Positions 35,369-47,593 of a stretch of 64,000 nucleotides of DNA are shown here, one piece after another. Under the pieces are notes generated by a model. That model was not told the DNA's origin and made no database searches. It was given only the letters and a program-made list of their open reading frames with translations. The position numbers were made by a program, and so were the translations under genes. Numbering within the stretch: position 1 is the stretch's first letter; each line of letters begins with the position of its first letter. Source of the DNA: Tetramitus jugosus (taxonomy: Eukaryota > Protista > Heterolobosea); NCBI GenBank assembly GCA_937625935.1, contig OW569354.1, positions 372,001-436,000 on the forward strand. The letters are read 5' to 3'.

Positions 35369-36478
35369 ATGTTCCAGCCTCAAAATACTGTACCTACTCG
35401 TTTGTTCCAGGCTCCTCAGCCCCAACAACAACAGCCTCAACAACAACAGCAACAACCACAAGCTTTTGCTTATCCAATGATGGCTTATCCTCAAATCCAA
35501 AATCAACCATTTGCACCCATGCCAATGCCATCTCCACTCTTCTTGAACCAACAACCACTCTTTGTACCTCTTCAACAACAACAACAACAACAACTTCAAC
35601 ACCCATCATCATCATTGTCCATTAATGATGATGACAATGAAGAATCATCACCTGATGACTTGTTGTTGAATGAAGCTTCTCATCATCAAGTGGATGACAA
35701 TCGTATGATGTCTTCTCCATTGCTCTCTTCACCTCAACCACAACAACAACAACAACACATGACTTCTCAATTCAACTTGTATCCTTCTGCCAATAACAGA
35801 ACTCAACAACAACAACAGTTCATGTTGCCACCTCAATTCTACACTCAACAATCTCCTCAATTGCAAGCTTCCTCTGCCAACAATGGTGGAATGATAGTGG
35901 ACCAAAGAGTGTTGAAACAAGAAGAAGACACCAGTAAGCTATTGTTCCTGCTTGGTTTCTTGTGTGGATGGATCTGGCTCATTGGTTACATCAAGTACAA
36001 GAATTCATTGTCTGACAGAGCAAGAAAGTATGCCAAATACTCTAGAAATATCTTTATTTTGAGTGTGATTGCTACTCTATTGTTGGCTTCTGCATGGTTG
36101 TTTATTGTGGCTGGTGCTGCTGTTGGTGCACGTGGTGGTCATCGCAATCATAACCACGGTAACAATAACAATGGTGCTAACAATGGTGAAGCTGTTGATG
36201 GACAACGTCCAGGCAGAGGACCAAAGCCAACTCCATCAGAATCCTCTCCACCACCAAGACCACATCCATCTCATTCTGCATCTCCAAGACCACATCCATC
36301 TCACTCTCATCCACATGGTCCACCAAAGAGACCAGGTAATGAAGAAGGAAATGTTGCTCCTGTTGCTGAAGAGTACATGAAGCAGTTTGATTTGACAAAG
36401 GTCAAGGCATTTGCTGCAGCCAATGCTCAAGTCAATTTGTCTGATGCTAAAGTCGATGAACAAGTTCAATCAGAGTAA
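35369..36478 (+). CDS. Gln/Pro-rich membrane protein (2-3 TM segments) with His/Pro-rich tail
   Basis: ATG at 35369, polyQ N-terminus, TM block LLFLLGFLCGWIWLIGY...IFILSVIATLLLASAWLFIVAG. Confidence 0.75.
   Translation: MFQPQNTVPTRLFQAPQPQQQQPQQQQQQPQAFAYPMMAYPQIQNQPFAPMPMPSPLFLNQQPLFVPLQQQQQQQLQHPSSSLSINDDDNEESSPDDLLLNEASHHQVDDNRMMSSPLLSSPQPQQQQQHMTSQFNLYPSANNRTQQQQQFMLPPQFYTQQSPQLQASSANNGGMIVDQRVLKQEEDTSKLLFLLGFLCGWIWLIGYIKYKNSLSDRARKYAKYSRNIFILSVIATLLLASAWLFIVAGAAVGARGGHRNHNHGNNNNGANNGEAVDGQRPGRGPKPTPSESSPPPRPHPSHSASPRPHPSHSHPHGPPKRPGNEEGNVAPVAEEYMKQFDLTKVKAFAAANAQVNLSDAKVDEQVQSE
36254..36307 (+). repeat. Tandem 30-bp-period duplication encoding PRPHPSHS twice
   Basis: CCAAGACCACATCCATCTCAYTCT occurs twice, in frame. 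Confidence 0.8.
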
Positions 36479-36750
36479 CAGAGAACAGGAGACTTGTTGT
36501 CTCTCTTATTCTATTTGATTCTCTAACGTTCTTCAAATGTCTACGAGACATTGTAGTAGTAGCAACAGCAACAGTGGGAATAGGTTACCACCCCTTTATA
36601 GTGTATAAATAAATCTCTAGAGATAAACTTTTTGGTTCAAATTAATCATTCATCTGTTGTTGAATCCATTCGGGAATTAATACCCTCTTGTTTTGGATCC
36701 TACTGTCGTTTTGTTGTGAACACCTCAAAAAAAGTGAAACAAAGAGAGAC

Positions 36751-37332
36751 ATGAGTAACAACCGTCATTCGACTGCAATCAAGATTATCATTCTACCCGG
36801 TAATGGTTGTGTACCGATCAGAAAGTGCAATTGGTATCAATCCGTTCATGATTCACTGGTGAAAATGGGTGTTCGTGTCATGATGAAAGACATGCCTGAT
36901 CCTGTCCTTGCACGAGAGAACATTTGGATTCCATTTACAAGGGATGTGTTGGGGTGTGACGAGCGAACCATTATTGTGGGTCATTCATCTGGTGCAGAAT
37001 GTGCAATGAGGTACATGGAACAGTACAAGGTTCTGGGTGCAGTTCTCGTGAGTCCCTACATTACTGATCTCGGAAGTGAGATTGAAGCTCAGAGTGGTTA
37101 CTTTGATCGACCTTGGTTGTGGGACAAGATGAAGGAGAATTCTGAGTTTGTGATGCAGTTTAGCTCTCATGATGATCATTTGGTACCATATGATGAACAG
37201 GAGCAGGTGCACAAGAGTTTGAGAACCGAGTTGCACGAGTATCACAATGAGGGACACTTTTTGTTTGATACATTTCCTGATCTTACAAAAGCAATCATGA
37301 AGAAGATTAAGGAAATTGAAGGTAAGGAGTAA
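36751..37332 (+). CDS. RBBP9: RBBP9/YdeN-family serine hydrolase
   Basis: IILPGNG, NWY, MPDPVLARENIW, IIVGHSSGA nucleophile elbow, SGYFDRPW, S.DD.LVP, GHF. ATG at 36751. Confidence 0.92.
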   Translation: MSNNRHSTAIKIIILPGNGCVPIRKCNWYQSVHDSLVKMGVRVMMKDMPDPVLARENIWIPFTRDVLGCDERTIIVGHSSGAECAMRYMEQYKVLGAVLVSPYITDLGSEIEAQSGYFDRPWLWDKMKENSEFVMQFSSHDDHLVPYDEQEQVHKSLRTELHEYHNEGHFLFDTFPDLTKAIMKKIKEIEGKE

Positions 37333-37362
37333 ATAAATTAAGGAATAAATTAATGATTTGGT

Positions 37363-39057
37363 CTATTCGCTCGTGTCATCCATCTTTTCAGTTTGAGCCA
37401 TCTCCACATTGTCATCGATTGTTTCTTCCTGCTTTTCCACATCAGACCGAGCAACTCTGTCCAGTGCGAGTTGTACTTGCTTCTCAAAGTCAATGGCAAC
37501 CAAAACATACACGAGTGCAATGATTGTCACAATAAACATGGCAACAGCAACACCGGTCCATATTCCATACAGCTTCATTTTCACTGGGAACGCGAGAATT
37601 AAGCCAAGAGGCAATCCGAGAACATAGAAGCTAATAAAGTTGAGAACAGCACCCACAACTTGCTTTCCTGTTCCTCTGAGAACACCTGCCAGGCATGTTT
37701 GTGCAGCATCGAACACTTGGAAAAGGGCATTGATAATAATTACTTTGCTAGCCAAGTCTAACACATCGGCATCAGTTGTAAATATTCGAACGAGATACTT
37801 CCGCAGCAGTATGATACCAATGCCGTTCAAAGACATGAATGACACACCGAATAGAAACGTGATAAAGCTAGCGACCTTGGCATTTTGTGGCATTTTGCTG
37901 CCTAAACAAATACCAACTCTGACAGAGCAAGCAATAGCAAGCGAGAATGGCACCATATAAGTTACATATGTGATGCTACTGATGACTGTATGAGCAGCCA
38001 AGTACTTTGGATGACCAAACCACCCAACGAATATACCTGTCGCCGTAAACGCCCAGCACTCGAGACACAGTTGCAACATTCCTGGAATCGCCAATTTAAA
38101 ATACTCAATGATTCCAGAGCGATGGAACACATTTCGGGCTACGATTGAGCTCTCACTTAAGATGACTCGGAGAGAGACGCGACTATTGGCCTCACGACTC
38201 ACATCATCCGTAGTAATAGCACTTACGCTCTTCTTTCGTTCCAAGTAAAGAACATAGAGTGTGAGCATGATAGCAATACAGAGACGTGTCAAGGAGGTTG
38301 CTATCGGAGCACCGATGAAACCTAATCCCTTGAATCCGACTCCCTGAATCAACAGAGCATTGAATGCGACATTCAATAGACAGGAGAGAATACCACAGCC
38401 CATGGGAACCAAGACACGAGACTGAGCCACCAAATACCGACTCATCGTATTGATAACAATCATTGGCCAAAGTCCCAATGACAACAAACGCACAAACGTG
38501 CTCGTTAACTCCACAATCTCTTTGTCCTGACCCAATAATAACAAAATGGGGCCACAAAACATGTAAATAACGAGAATGGGTATCGATGTGGCAAATTCAA
38601 TGAACAGTGACCGCAACAGAACAATTCTCTTCATTCGCTCGTTGCCTGCACCTGAAGCTTGACTCACCAATGTGTCCTGAGCACTCAACAAACCAATCAA
38701 GATGAAACCTAGAGTCATGAAAAAGGAATTTCCGAGCGAGCTCGCTGCAAGAGCTTTCTCTCCCAAATGACCCACAAATGCCACATCAGTTGACCCCAGA
38801 ACTGCATTCGAAATGTTGCTAATGATCAATGGCCAAGAAATGATCATCAATTCCTTGATTTCACTCTTTGCATGACACCGTAAACTGCTCCAAAACGAAG
38901 TTGCACCAGACTTGTTCTCTTCAGCTTCTATCATGTCTTGTTCTTCTTCTCCTCTATTCAGGTTATCATTGTTCCTTGTCTCTTCATCATTGTTGGAGTA
39001 ATCTGTTGTTTCGGTATTGTTAAGAGTTTCTTGCATTATTGTTGTTGTTGTTGTCAT
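37363..39057 (-). CDS. MATE-family multidrug/toxin efflux transporter
   Basis: VAFVGHLG.KALAA, DTLVSQASGA, LGFIGAPIATS, LAIPG...CLE.W, SVRVG..LG and GVLRGTGKQ; about 12 TM segments. Confidence 0.94.
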   Translation of the reverse strand: MTTTTTIMQETLNNTETTDYSNNDEETRNNDNLNRGEEEQDMIEAEENKSGATSFWSSLRCHAKSEIKELMIISWPLIISNISNAVLGSTDVAFVGHLGEKALAASSLGNSFFMTLGFILIGLLSAQDTLVSQASGAGNERMKRIVLLRSLFIEFATSIPILVIYMFCGPILLLLGQDKEIVELTSTFVRLLSLGLWPMIVINTMSRYLVAQSRVLVPMGCGILSCLLNVAFNALLIQGVGFKGLGFIGAPIATSLTRLCIAIMLTLYVLYLERKKSVSAITTDDVSREANSRVSLRVILSESSIVARNVFHRSGIIEYFKLAIPGMLQLCLECWAFTATGIFVGWFGHPKYLAAHTVISSITYVTYMVPFSLAIACSVRVGICLGSKMPQNAKVASFITFLFGVSFMSLNGIGIILLRKYLVRIFTTDADVLDLASKVIIINALFQVFDAAQTCLAGVLRGTGKQVVGAVLNFISFYVLGLPLGLILAFPVKMKLYGIWTGVAVAMFIVTIIALVYVLVAIDFEKQVQLALDRVARSDVEKQEETIDDNVEMAQTEKMDDTSE

Positions 39058-39196
39058 ATGGATGTTGCAAGTGTTTTTTTGTAGCTCCCAGAGCAATGTG
39101 TGTGGAATTCTGAATCCGATGCATTAGCTCATGCATGAATCCGATTGTCCGACGCGTGAGGAATAAAACAGGAATTAGTTTGACACAACGCAGCTA

Positions 39197-40978
39197 CTAC
39201 GTTTTTATTGTTTCTGGACAATTGATGTCGAATTGAGAGAGAACACCCATGTCTGAACAGGTTCGATCTGAAGGAATTGCATCAAAGAGAAGCGATTGAG
39301 CATCTCTTCGAATCTCTCGCCTCGTGCTGCTCATTGGATAGGTGGCAATATCACGAATGGTTAAATGGAAATCTTTAAGACTGACGAGCTTGTCCTTGTT
39401 GAGTAAAAGTTTCGTGTTCTGTGCCACGTGCTTTGGAAGTATGAGGGATGCATATGGAGAAGCGTGCTCCAGAAGAGCTTGCGTCAAATTCTTGTGATAG
39501 AGAGGACCATAGTGAGCTCCGTGATCAGCCATCAATAAGATTGCAGTATTGAATAGGCGACCTGATTGCTCCAACCACCGCAGATAGCTCGAGATGTCGG
39601 GATCAAGGAATAGCGTTTGATATCCGTACATGTCATGTGCTTCGTGGTGTGCAGCAAGGATAAAGTTTGGAACTTCAGTGTATGTTGTTAACTGAGATCG
39701 AACAAACTCGAGAACCAAACTGCTCATGGAGCGACCGCCGACACACGGACACTTATCAGCACCATAGTTGAATCTCCACTTGAAGAAATTGTGCACAATG
39801 TGTGAAACTCGATGATAGACTGGATAGATATCACAGCTCAAAAACTGATGCATATATCCATAATACGTTCCACTTGTTGTTGGAGACACATTTGCATCTT
39901 CGCCTGCCGATGTCACATATCCGATGTCTTTCAAGTAATCCCACAGAGTCTTCTTCAGTGTAATACCAGAGATCAACCGGAAGAAATATGGATAGTAAGA
40001 CCTCGGAGTCAAAGACTCTGATGTGACAAAAGCGTGCATATTTGGACCAGAATTGGATGCTAGTACATGATAATTGCTAAACTCGACGATCTCAACCTTG
40101 TCTGTGTGCTTGGACCGTATCTCATTCAAAGCTTGTTTCGTATGAGGAAAATGTCGGTCGAAAAATTGTCTGCTGGCTGAGTCAATCAACAAGATATGGA
40201 TGTCCATGGGTTTAGTTACATCTCTGTTCATAGATGATGCATAATCTCGTGTCGCCTCATTGCTGTTCAAGTAATTATGCAACCGCTGAATATGACGGTT
40301 CATTAATTTCTTTCGCTTCTGCACCCGGTTGTGATCCTTGACGACCTTTGTATAAAATTCGTGATGACTCACACCTCGTTCCATGTCAACACACACTGTA
40401 TGTATCAGATCCCTATTGGGTAAATAAATGGGAACATTAGAGGGAAACGTATGCGGCCAAAGAGACTCACTATTCATCTCAAGTATTCTCTCAGTAGGAT
40501 AGAGCTTCCAACCAACCAAGTTCTCCCACCGCACAATATTCGCAAAAAACACAAAGAATGACGTGTCGCGATACAGTGCAACCATGTTTCCCGGGCATTT
40601 CATCGTAAACGAGCCGCTATCGGAGTTAAATAGGGTATGTTTTTGAGGCAGTGTGTCACAACTTCCGTGTGGTCGATCCTGCACAGTTTTGTGATACATG
40701 AGCGGATAGGGACCAAGAGTACAGTTGAGTGCGACAGGAGAGGATATGAATTGAATGGCTTGACGACGCAAAACACTCACCTCATCAAAATAACTGACAA
40801 ACAACCAGAGAACTACATAGGAGAAAACAGTCAAACCACAAGCAGAAATCAACAAAAAGCACAGCCATTTCCTGAGCGAGATTTTAAGTTTGATTCCATG
40901 TTGTTTTTCATTCCTTTTCCGGGTCGTGCCTTTATCCAAGGGTGTGCCAATAGGTATCCTGTGCTGTATTTCTCGCAT
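39197..40978 (-). CDS. DUF229-type alkaline-phosphatase/sulfatase-superfamily membrane protein
   Basis: N-terminal TM anchor, ILLIDSASR..F.RHFP.T, NSGPN, EAHD, LMADHG, EHASP and LVS..DFH.TI. Confidence 0.8.
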   Translation of the reverse strand: MREIQHRIPIGTPLDKGTTRKRNEKQHGIKLKISLRKWLCFLLISACGLTVFSYVVLWLFVSYFDEVSVLRRQAIQFISSPVALNCTLGPYPLMYHKTVQDRPHGSCDTLPQKHTLFNSDSGSFTMKCPGNMVALYRDTSFFVFFANIVRWENLVGWKLYPTERILEMNSESLWPHTFPSNVPIYLPNRDLIHTVCVDMERGVSHHEFYTKVVKDHNRVQKRKKLMNRHIQRLHNYLNSNEATRDYASSMNRDVTKPMDIHILLIDSASRQFFDRHFPHTKQALNEIRSKHTDKVEIVEFSNYHVLASNSGPNMHAFVTSESLTPRSYYPYFFRLISGITLKKTLWDYLKDIGYVTSAGEDANVSPTTSGTYYGYMHQFLSCDIYPVYHRVSHIVHNFFKWRFNYGADKCPCVGGRSMSSLVLEFVRSQLTTYTEVPNFILAAHHEAHDMYGYQTLFLDPDISSYLRWLEQSGRLFNTAILLMADHGAHYGPLYHKNLTQALLEHASPYASLILPKHVAQNTKLLLNKDKLVSLKDFHLTIRDIATYPMSSTRREIRRDAQSLLFDAIPSDRTCSDMGVLSQFDINCPETIKT

Positions 40979-41186
40979 CACAACGGAACTTTGTTATGTT
41001 GACACGCTGTTTTGTTTTTGATTTGGCGCCACTCGCTCCGGGGTTTTTGGACAATCCGCCTCACTGGGCTATTTCAATGTGGTTAGAAATCTCCGAAGTG
41101 GTTGGTTTATTGATTGGGTGAAGTTTGTTTTTTTAGCGGAAAAATAGTCAAAGTTACAGAGAAGACTCATGGAAGAGGTTTTTGTT

Positions 41187-42677
41187 TTAATGTTGAGAGG
41201 AGAAGGTGACAAGGATGGGACGATGATCACTCATTTTTCTTGGGAAAGGTGTTTGTTCTCCATTTCCCTTCTCACGATCTGGTGTTGTGAGGCCATTGTC
41301 CCATGGAGGTAGATGATCCGTGACTACCTTGTACTTTGCATTAAAGGAGCTTGGAGAGGGATCTGATATGAGGATATGATCCAGTACCAAGCTCGATTCA
41401 TCGAACCAACCAGTGTATGTCGAAAGTTTTTCATCTGGATGTCTGGTGTCACAGAACGCAAGTCTCAAACCAGCCTCTTCATCTGGCTTGAGCAACTCTT
41501 GGAATTCGGCAGTGTCACTCTCGCAGTTACAATCTGCTGAGAAGAGCACGCGTTTCACTGATATCTTTGGTTTCAATTTGTTAATGATGGAGTGAATTCT
41601 TTGCTTGATAAGTACAACACTGTTCCATCTAGCTTTCTTGCCCAAGTGATCCAAATGAGTGTTGAACAAAAGGAAAGGTTCATCACCAAGTGGAGAGTTC
41701 TGATTAGTAGCGGTAGGTTTCAACACGGTCCAAGTTAAGATTCGAACGCAATCAGCATCCCAACCCTTCGAACCTGGCTTGTCCGGAGTTTCACTCAACC
41801 AAAAGAATCCTTCGGCAAGGCTTTGATATCTTTCATTATTGTAAATGATACTGGTGGCCTCACCAAAGAATTTTCCAGTTTTCTCATCATATTCTCTTCC
41901 ACGAGAGATGGCAGAGTACATGTACTTGTTCTCATTCATGGCTTGAAGAATGTCTTTTTCTTGGTGCTCAAGTGCCTCCTGCAAACAAAGCATATCCAGG
42001 CGGTAGGAGGATAGGCGTTTACCAACTCCTTTGGATCGGAAACTCCACTGGTTGATTCCATCCACAATAGTATCAAATCGAACGTTGAATGTCATGATTC
42101 TCATTTGTTCGAGTCTTTGATCCACATTTGTTTGTGACTTGTCACAACTCATTGGAATAGAAGAGACTCTCACGACATTTGCCGAGTCTGTCGATATTGA
42201 GGAGTGAGTGGATCGGTTAGGACTTGTCCAACTGTTCAATCCACTCCAGAAGCGGTTCACTACAGAAGGAATGGTCTGAGTCACAGCCACAGGCAAATTG
42301 AAAGAACTCTCCTTTTTCACTATGCATCCTATTCGAGGTACAACATCTTCGGGCATACTCAGTAATTTTATCAACACCATCTCCCAATCATTCTGGTTGG
42401 CTATAGGCTCAACTTTCATCAGAATCTCCATGTTGGACTCATTGACTGTTGATTCAAAAGGGTAGGGCATGAACTGAAGTTGGATGTGAGAGAAACGATC
42501 TTCAGGTTCGAACTTGCCCATCTCAAACACTCTTTGGCGAACTTTGGAGTAATCATTCAGTATTTCATTGGCGATTCGAAACTTGCGGATATTGTCATTA
42601 TGTTGGTAGTACACTTTGAAGAGCTTGCCAGACTGTGATGGGGCAAAGTACGAGGAACTATTCTCTTGCGCGTTCAT
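41187..42677 (-). CDS. Endonuclease/exonuclease/phosphatase (EEP) protein with N-terminal PB1-like domain
   Basis: RIMTFNVRFD, LQEA, FWLSETPDKPGSKGWDA..RI.TW, NTHLDH, ADCN, LDHIL and SDHRPI. The N-terminal FKVYY...IRKFRI...IANQNDW is PB1-like. First in-frame ATG at 42677. Confidence 0.88.
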   Translation of the reverse strand: MNAQENSSSYFAPSQSGKLFKVYYQHNDNIRKFRIANEILNDYSKVRQRVFEMGKFEPEDRFSHIQLQFMPYPFESTVNESNMEILMKVEPIANQNDWEMVLIKLLSMPEDVVPRIGCIVKKESSFNLPVAVTQTIPSVVNRFWSGLNSWTSPNRSTHSSISTDSANVVRVSSIPMSCDKSQTNVDQRLEQMRIMTFNVRFDTIVDGINQWSFRSKGVGKRLSSYRLDMLCLQEALEHQEKDILQAMNENKYMYSAISRGREYDEKTGKFFGEATSIIYNNERYQSLAEGFFWLSETPDKPGSKGWDADCVRILTWTVLKPTATNQNSPLGDEPFLLFNTHLDHLGKKARWNSVVLIKQRIHSIINKLKPKISVKRVLFSADCNCESDTAEFQELLKPDEEAGLRLAFCDTRHPDEKLSTYTGWFDESSLVLDHILISDPSPSSFNAKYKVVTDHLPPWDNGLTTPDREKGNGEQTPFPRKMSDHRPILVTFSSQH

Positions 42678-42986
42678 TTTGTTGTGGTCGGTTTGTGTAT
42701 GGAGGATGACATCCAAAACTGAATCTTATGAAGGTGTCCAATCCATAAACAACGAACCGAGATCATACCGCGGTGCCAAAAAGAATCCATCAGACAGCAC
42801 TTACAAAAAACCTGTGCCGAGTCCCACTTTTAGAACTGATACTCCGAGAATGTTTGGTTACAAGCCACACTTCATCTATGAAAGGCAAAAACGACAGGAA
42901 CCAATAAAGCGTAGAAACCCCCAACGACAAAGTTTGGTTCGCGCCCCAAAAAACCGCTAATTTCAGTTCCTTATTGTCAATTAGAA

Positions 42987-43059
42987 GCCGAAATAGCTCA
43001 GTTGGGAGAGCGTGAGACTGAAGATCTTAAGGTCGCGTGTTCGATCCACGCTTTCGGCA
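42987..43059 (+). tRNA. trnF-GAA: tRNA-Phe (GAA), intronless
   Basis: Cloverleaf: acceptor GCCGAAA/TTTCGGC+A, D arm GCTC/GAGC, anticodon loop CTGAAGA, T arm GCGTG-TTCGATC-CACGC; TTTT downstream. Confidence 0.98.
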
Positions 43060-43180
43060 ACCTTTTGTTACCTCCGTTGGACTTTAAGCGAGCCACGTGG
43101 TCGGAATACAATCTCACCGTCACAACTTGATTCTTTGAATTTGTTGCCCAAAGACCAAAGCTCGCTCAAAACACAAAGAT

Positions 43181-45398
43181 ATGCTCTTGCGAAAACGAAA
43201 AACAATCAACCAGCATCACTCGACCAACAAGCGCAGCAGCACTGCCAGTCGAAATGACAATCAACAAAATCATCATGGTGATCACAACATTGTTGATGAT
43301 GATGATTTCATCATTGCACAAGACAATAACAACAACAACAACAATAGCATGCAATCCTATTTGAGCAATGGTAACCGTAGCTACAACAATAATAATAACA
43401 ACAATAGTAACAACAATAGTAGTAACAAGACGAGTCTCACACAGGAAATTGTACAAATCATAAAGGCCAACATTCCCATCATTACCATGTCATTGGCCAC
43501 TGGAATGGCTCAGACTCAAGTTTTTCATCACTTTGGAACGTTGACTCTGATTCCGATTGTTCTCTTGTTGCTCGAACGATTGTTGAGTCATGTGTGGTAT
43601 CAGTATTTGGTGCACTGGGTGGATCATTGGCTCGGTAGGAATCAATTGAGTGAGGAGGAGATGCGCAGGAGGTTGCATCGATCTATTTGTGTCCATGTGA
43701 GTGAGTTTGATGAGCAATCAGGTAGAGAGTACGCTCTGTTTCATGCGTTGGAGTGGTATGTGGAAACACGGACGAATAAGAGACAGATTCGAGCACTGTA
43801 CACGGAGAAGTTTCGGTTGGGAACGAGTGCTGCGATGGCGGCTGCTTCGGAAGTTGGTGGACATGTGGTCAATCGTTTGAGTGGTGGAGGAGGTAATAGG
43901 AGAGCTGCTGCTGCTGCTGCTGGATTGTTTGCACGTGATAATCGATCCATGATGATGTACATGAATGGGTCATCACAATCTGTTGTGGGAGACTCTGTGA
44001 TTGCTGATGCGGCAGGTGTGCACACGATGGAGGAATTGAGTACGCAAGGTGAAAAGGATGATGGCGACGAAGAAGAGTTTGATGAAGAGGATGATGATGA
44101 CGACGAATATCTTACGCCTGAACATGGTGGTAGTGGATATGGAAATGACCCGAATGCCCAGCAAATGAATCTCAGTCGTAAAACGCCTGTTTATTCGTTG
44201 TGCAAGGAGAATTCGAGCTTTGTTTTGCAATGGGAGGGCGAAACATTTGAGCTCGAGTTGAACAGACGATCACAAATCATGCCAAATAATGGTGTGGGTG
44301 GTGTTGGTGGTGATAGTATGGGCAGTGGTGGTGGTGAATCAATGATGGCTTCAACAGGAGGTATACCATCTGATTCAAAGGGTGATTCCAACGGAGCATC
44401 ATCATCCTCTCGTGTGATTACAGTGTACCATAGATCCGATATGGATAAGATTAAGCGATTTATTGAACATTGCCATCGAAGCTATGTGGACATGAATTAT
44501 CGTGTGCCACACAGAAACAAGATTTATAATTTTGAGCATTGTTGGCGCGGAAGAGACATTACGATCCAAAAGAACTTTTCAAACATTCATTTGGAGCGAC
44601 ATGTGGCCAAGACCATACAGAATGATATTCGAAGCTTCATTCGCAACAGGAAATCGTTCAGCAAATTTGGTATTCCGTACAAGAGAGGATACTTGTTCTA
44701 TGGCGTTCCCGGTTCAGGAAAGGTTTGTTTTGTTTGTTTGTTTCAATTGCTTGTTTTCTCAAGCATCCATCCACTAACTCGTCTTCGACTTAAAGACCTC
44801 AACCATTTATGCCATTGCCAATGAATACTCTCGTGACATCTATGTCATTCGATTGAACGAGTTGACAGATAAGGAGATTGTGCGAGCAATTGATGCCATC
44901 CCTCCAAAATCTATTGTCATATTCGAGGACATTGACACAAACAAGTTTGTGACTCGGAGAGATCTTATAGACTCCCCAGGACAGCAGCAGCACTCGATGG
45001 ACATGCTTAGTTCACTAAAGACGGGCAGCAGTACCTCTTCAGGCAACCAAAATAATCTTGGAACACTACTGGAGGTGTTGGATGCGTACAACTACTTGCA
45101 CGGATGCATTATCATCATGACGAGCAATCATCCTGAACGTTTGGATCCAGCTCTCATCAGACCAGGAAGAATCGATCTCAAAATTGAGTTTAGACCATGT
45201 CAATATGAACAATTAGTGGATATTTTCAAGTTCTTTACCGGTGAGGATCACATGCCAAGCTCTCTGTCTGCACCATCCTTTGCTCAACAGTTCAACGAGA
45301 AGAATGTATCTACCTCGTTGATTATCAATCGAGCTGTCGTGCCACACATTAACTCCATTGACAACATGACCAATGAAATTCTCAAACTCATCGAATAA
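43181..45398 (+). CDS. BCS1-like AAA ATPase, 2 exons (intron 44723-44795)
   Basis: GIPYKRGYLFYGVPGSGK|TS (Walker A restored by the GTTTGT...ACTAAC...TAAAG intron), IVIFEDID, MTSNHPERLDPALIRPGRID; N-terminal TM segment and low-complexity inserts. Confidence 0.92.
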
Positions 45399-45553
45399 AA
45401 CTCACGGTAATATATCCAATATTCATTTCCCCGCATGTTCTCTTCATGAAACAACTTGAACTTTTTGATCACAAAGAGCGGCAAAAAAGCTCAAACAAAA
45501 AAAAGAGAAACAACTATCATCAAAAACAGTAATCACAACGACAACCACAAAAA

Positions 45554-47593
45554 ATGGCATTTGCACTGTATCAACAGCAGCAACAGATACAACAACAACA
45601 GTTGTCTTATCCCTCTCAGGGTTACCCTCAACAACAACAAGCACAACAGCAACAACAAGCCAATGCAAGTGCCAATAGCGCAGTTCCCTTTCAAGCACCC
45701 AATCGGAATCAAGGCATGGTATTCGATGGTAAACGTATGAGAAAGGCCATATCTAGAAAATATATTGATTATAATGCGACTGTGCTCAACTATATTCACG
45801 TACGTGTGTTGTTGTTTTTTTTTTCATTGACAAAATTTTTTTTTTACGCGATCGTGTTTTTTTCTTCTTCTTCTCACTAAATGTACTCACCAACACAACA
45901 ATAACAACAACAATAGGATCGAACATATGATATTCATGACTATATACCACCTCATCACGCCTATAGTCTCAATCTGAAACCAACATCAGAGATGAAAACT
46001 GAACCTGCATCGTCAATGACTACAAGATGTGCTCACTCGAGTGCAAACAAGGTTCGTTGTCCCATCAATGTCGTCTGTTGGACACCCGAGGGCAGAAGAA
46101 TGATTACTGGTGCTTCAACCGGAGAATTTACACTGTGGAACGGTATGGCATTCAATTTTGAAACGATTCAACAAGCGCACAGTTCACCAGTGAGGTCCAT
46201 GGTGTGGAGTCATGATGAACGATTTATGGCATCGGCAGACAACATTGGTGTCATTAAATATTGGCAGAACAATATGAATAATCTGAAGGAGTTTGAAGGA
46301 CATTCGGAATGTATTCGAGATTTGAGTTTTTGTTGCACAGATGCGAAATTTACTTCATGTTCCGATGATGGAAGCATAAAGGTGTGGGATTTTGAAAAGT
46401 GCATTGCAGAGAGCACAATGACAGGTCATGGAAGTGATGTGAGATGTTGCGATTGGCATCCACATAATTCATTGATTGCGAGCGGATCCAAGGACTATTT
46501 GATCAAGTTGTGGGATGCGAGAACTGCACAAAATGTGGCCACATTGCACGGTCACAAGAATGTAGTGTTTAATATAAAGTGGAACTCGAACGGAAATTGG
46601 TTGTTGAGTGGCTCAAAGGATCAATTGATCAAAATGTATGATATAAGATATATGAAGGATCTGTACACGTTTAGAGGTCACTCAAAGGAAGTGACATGCC
46701 TCGCATGGCATCCATTCCAGGAAGAGATGTTTGCCAGTGGTGCATACGACGGTTCCATTTACTTTTGGATGGTTGGTCTCGATTCTCCATCGGGCAAGAT
46801 TCAGAATGCGCATGATGCTGCTGTGTGGGATATCGCATGGCATCCAATGGGTCATATTCTGTGTTCGGGCAGCAATGACAATACTACAAAGTTCTGGGTG
46901 AGAAATCGTCCTGGTGATTCCATGAGAGACAAGTACAACAATTCACAACTACCACCAGAGGAATTGAGTCGAGTACCAATGAGTCATACGGGCAGCTCGG
47001 CAAACAATGTACCTGGATTCTCTTCCTCATCATCTGACAAATCAAGAGCTGATTCGATACCAATGGGTGCAACAAGCTCGAGACGTGGTGGAGATGAGTT
47101 CATTCCTGGCTTTGGAGACGATATGGATGAAGAGGACGATCAACCACCATTCCCCTCTTCCATGAGTGGTCACAACAGAGGAAGCAACGGTGTTTCTCAT
47201 CACCATCATCATCCACCACAGCAACAACAACAACAGAGAGGAATGTCAAACGATCCTCGATCCAATCCATATTCTCGACCAAACGACAATGCTGGTCCAC
47301 CACCAAGATCTGTGAACCCATATCAAATGAACGCTGGAGGCAGCAGTAACGGCAGTGGTCAACCACCACCAGGCATGATGCCACCTCATAACCCTCATCG
47401 CCAATTCCAACAACCACCAATGATGCTTCCACCAGGTATGGGTCCACCTGGATTCATGCCTCCTGGAATGATGCCTCCACCTCACATGATGGTTCCTCCA
47501 CCTGGCATGGCACCACCAGGTATGATGCCACCTGGATTCTTACCTCCACACAACAACCCCAACAACAATGGTCCAAACAACCACAAGCAATAA
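45554..47593 (+). CDS. WDR33: Polyadenylation factor WDR33/Pfs2/FY, 2 exons (intron 45800-45916)
   Basis: FDGKRMRKAI.RK.IDY, WTPEGRR.ITG.STGEFTLWNG.AFNFETI.QAH, seven WD40 repeats, FW.RNRPGD and a Pro/Gly/Met-rich tail. The GTACGT...AATAG intron is in frame. Confidence 0.95.

Noticed and set aside
35420-35830. CAA tandem tracts as a repeat array or CRISPR
   Set aside because: These are simple trinucleotide runs encoding polyQ, with no repeat-spacer structure. No CRISPR array or transposase was seen anywhere in the window.
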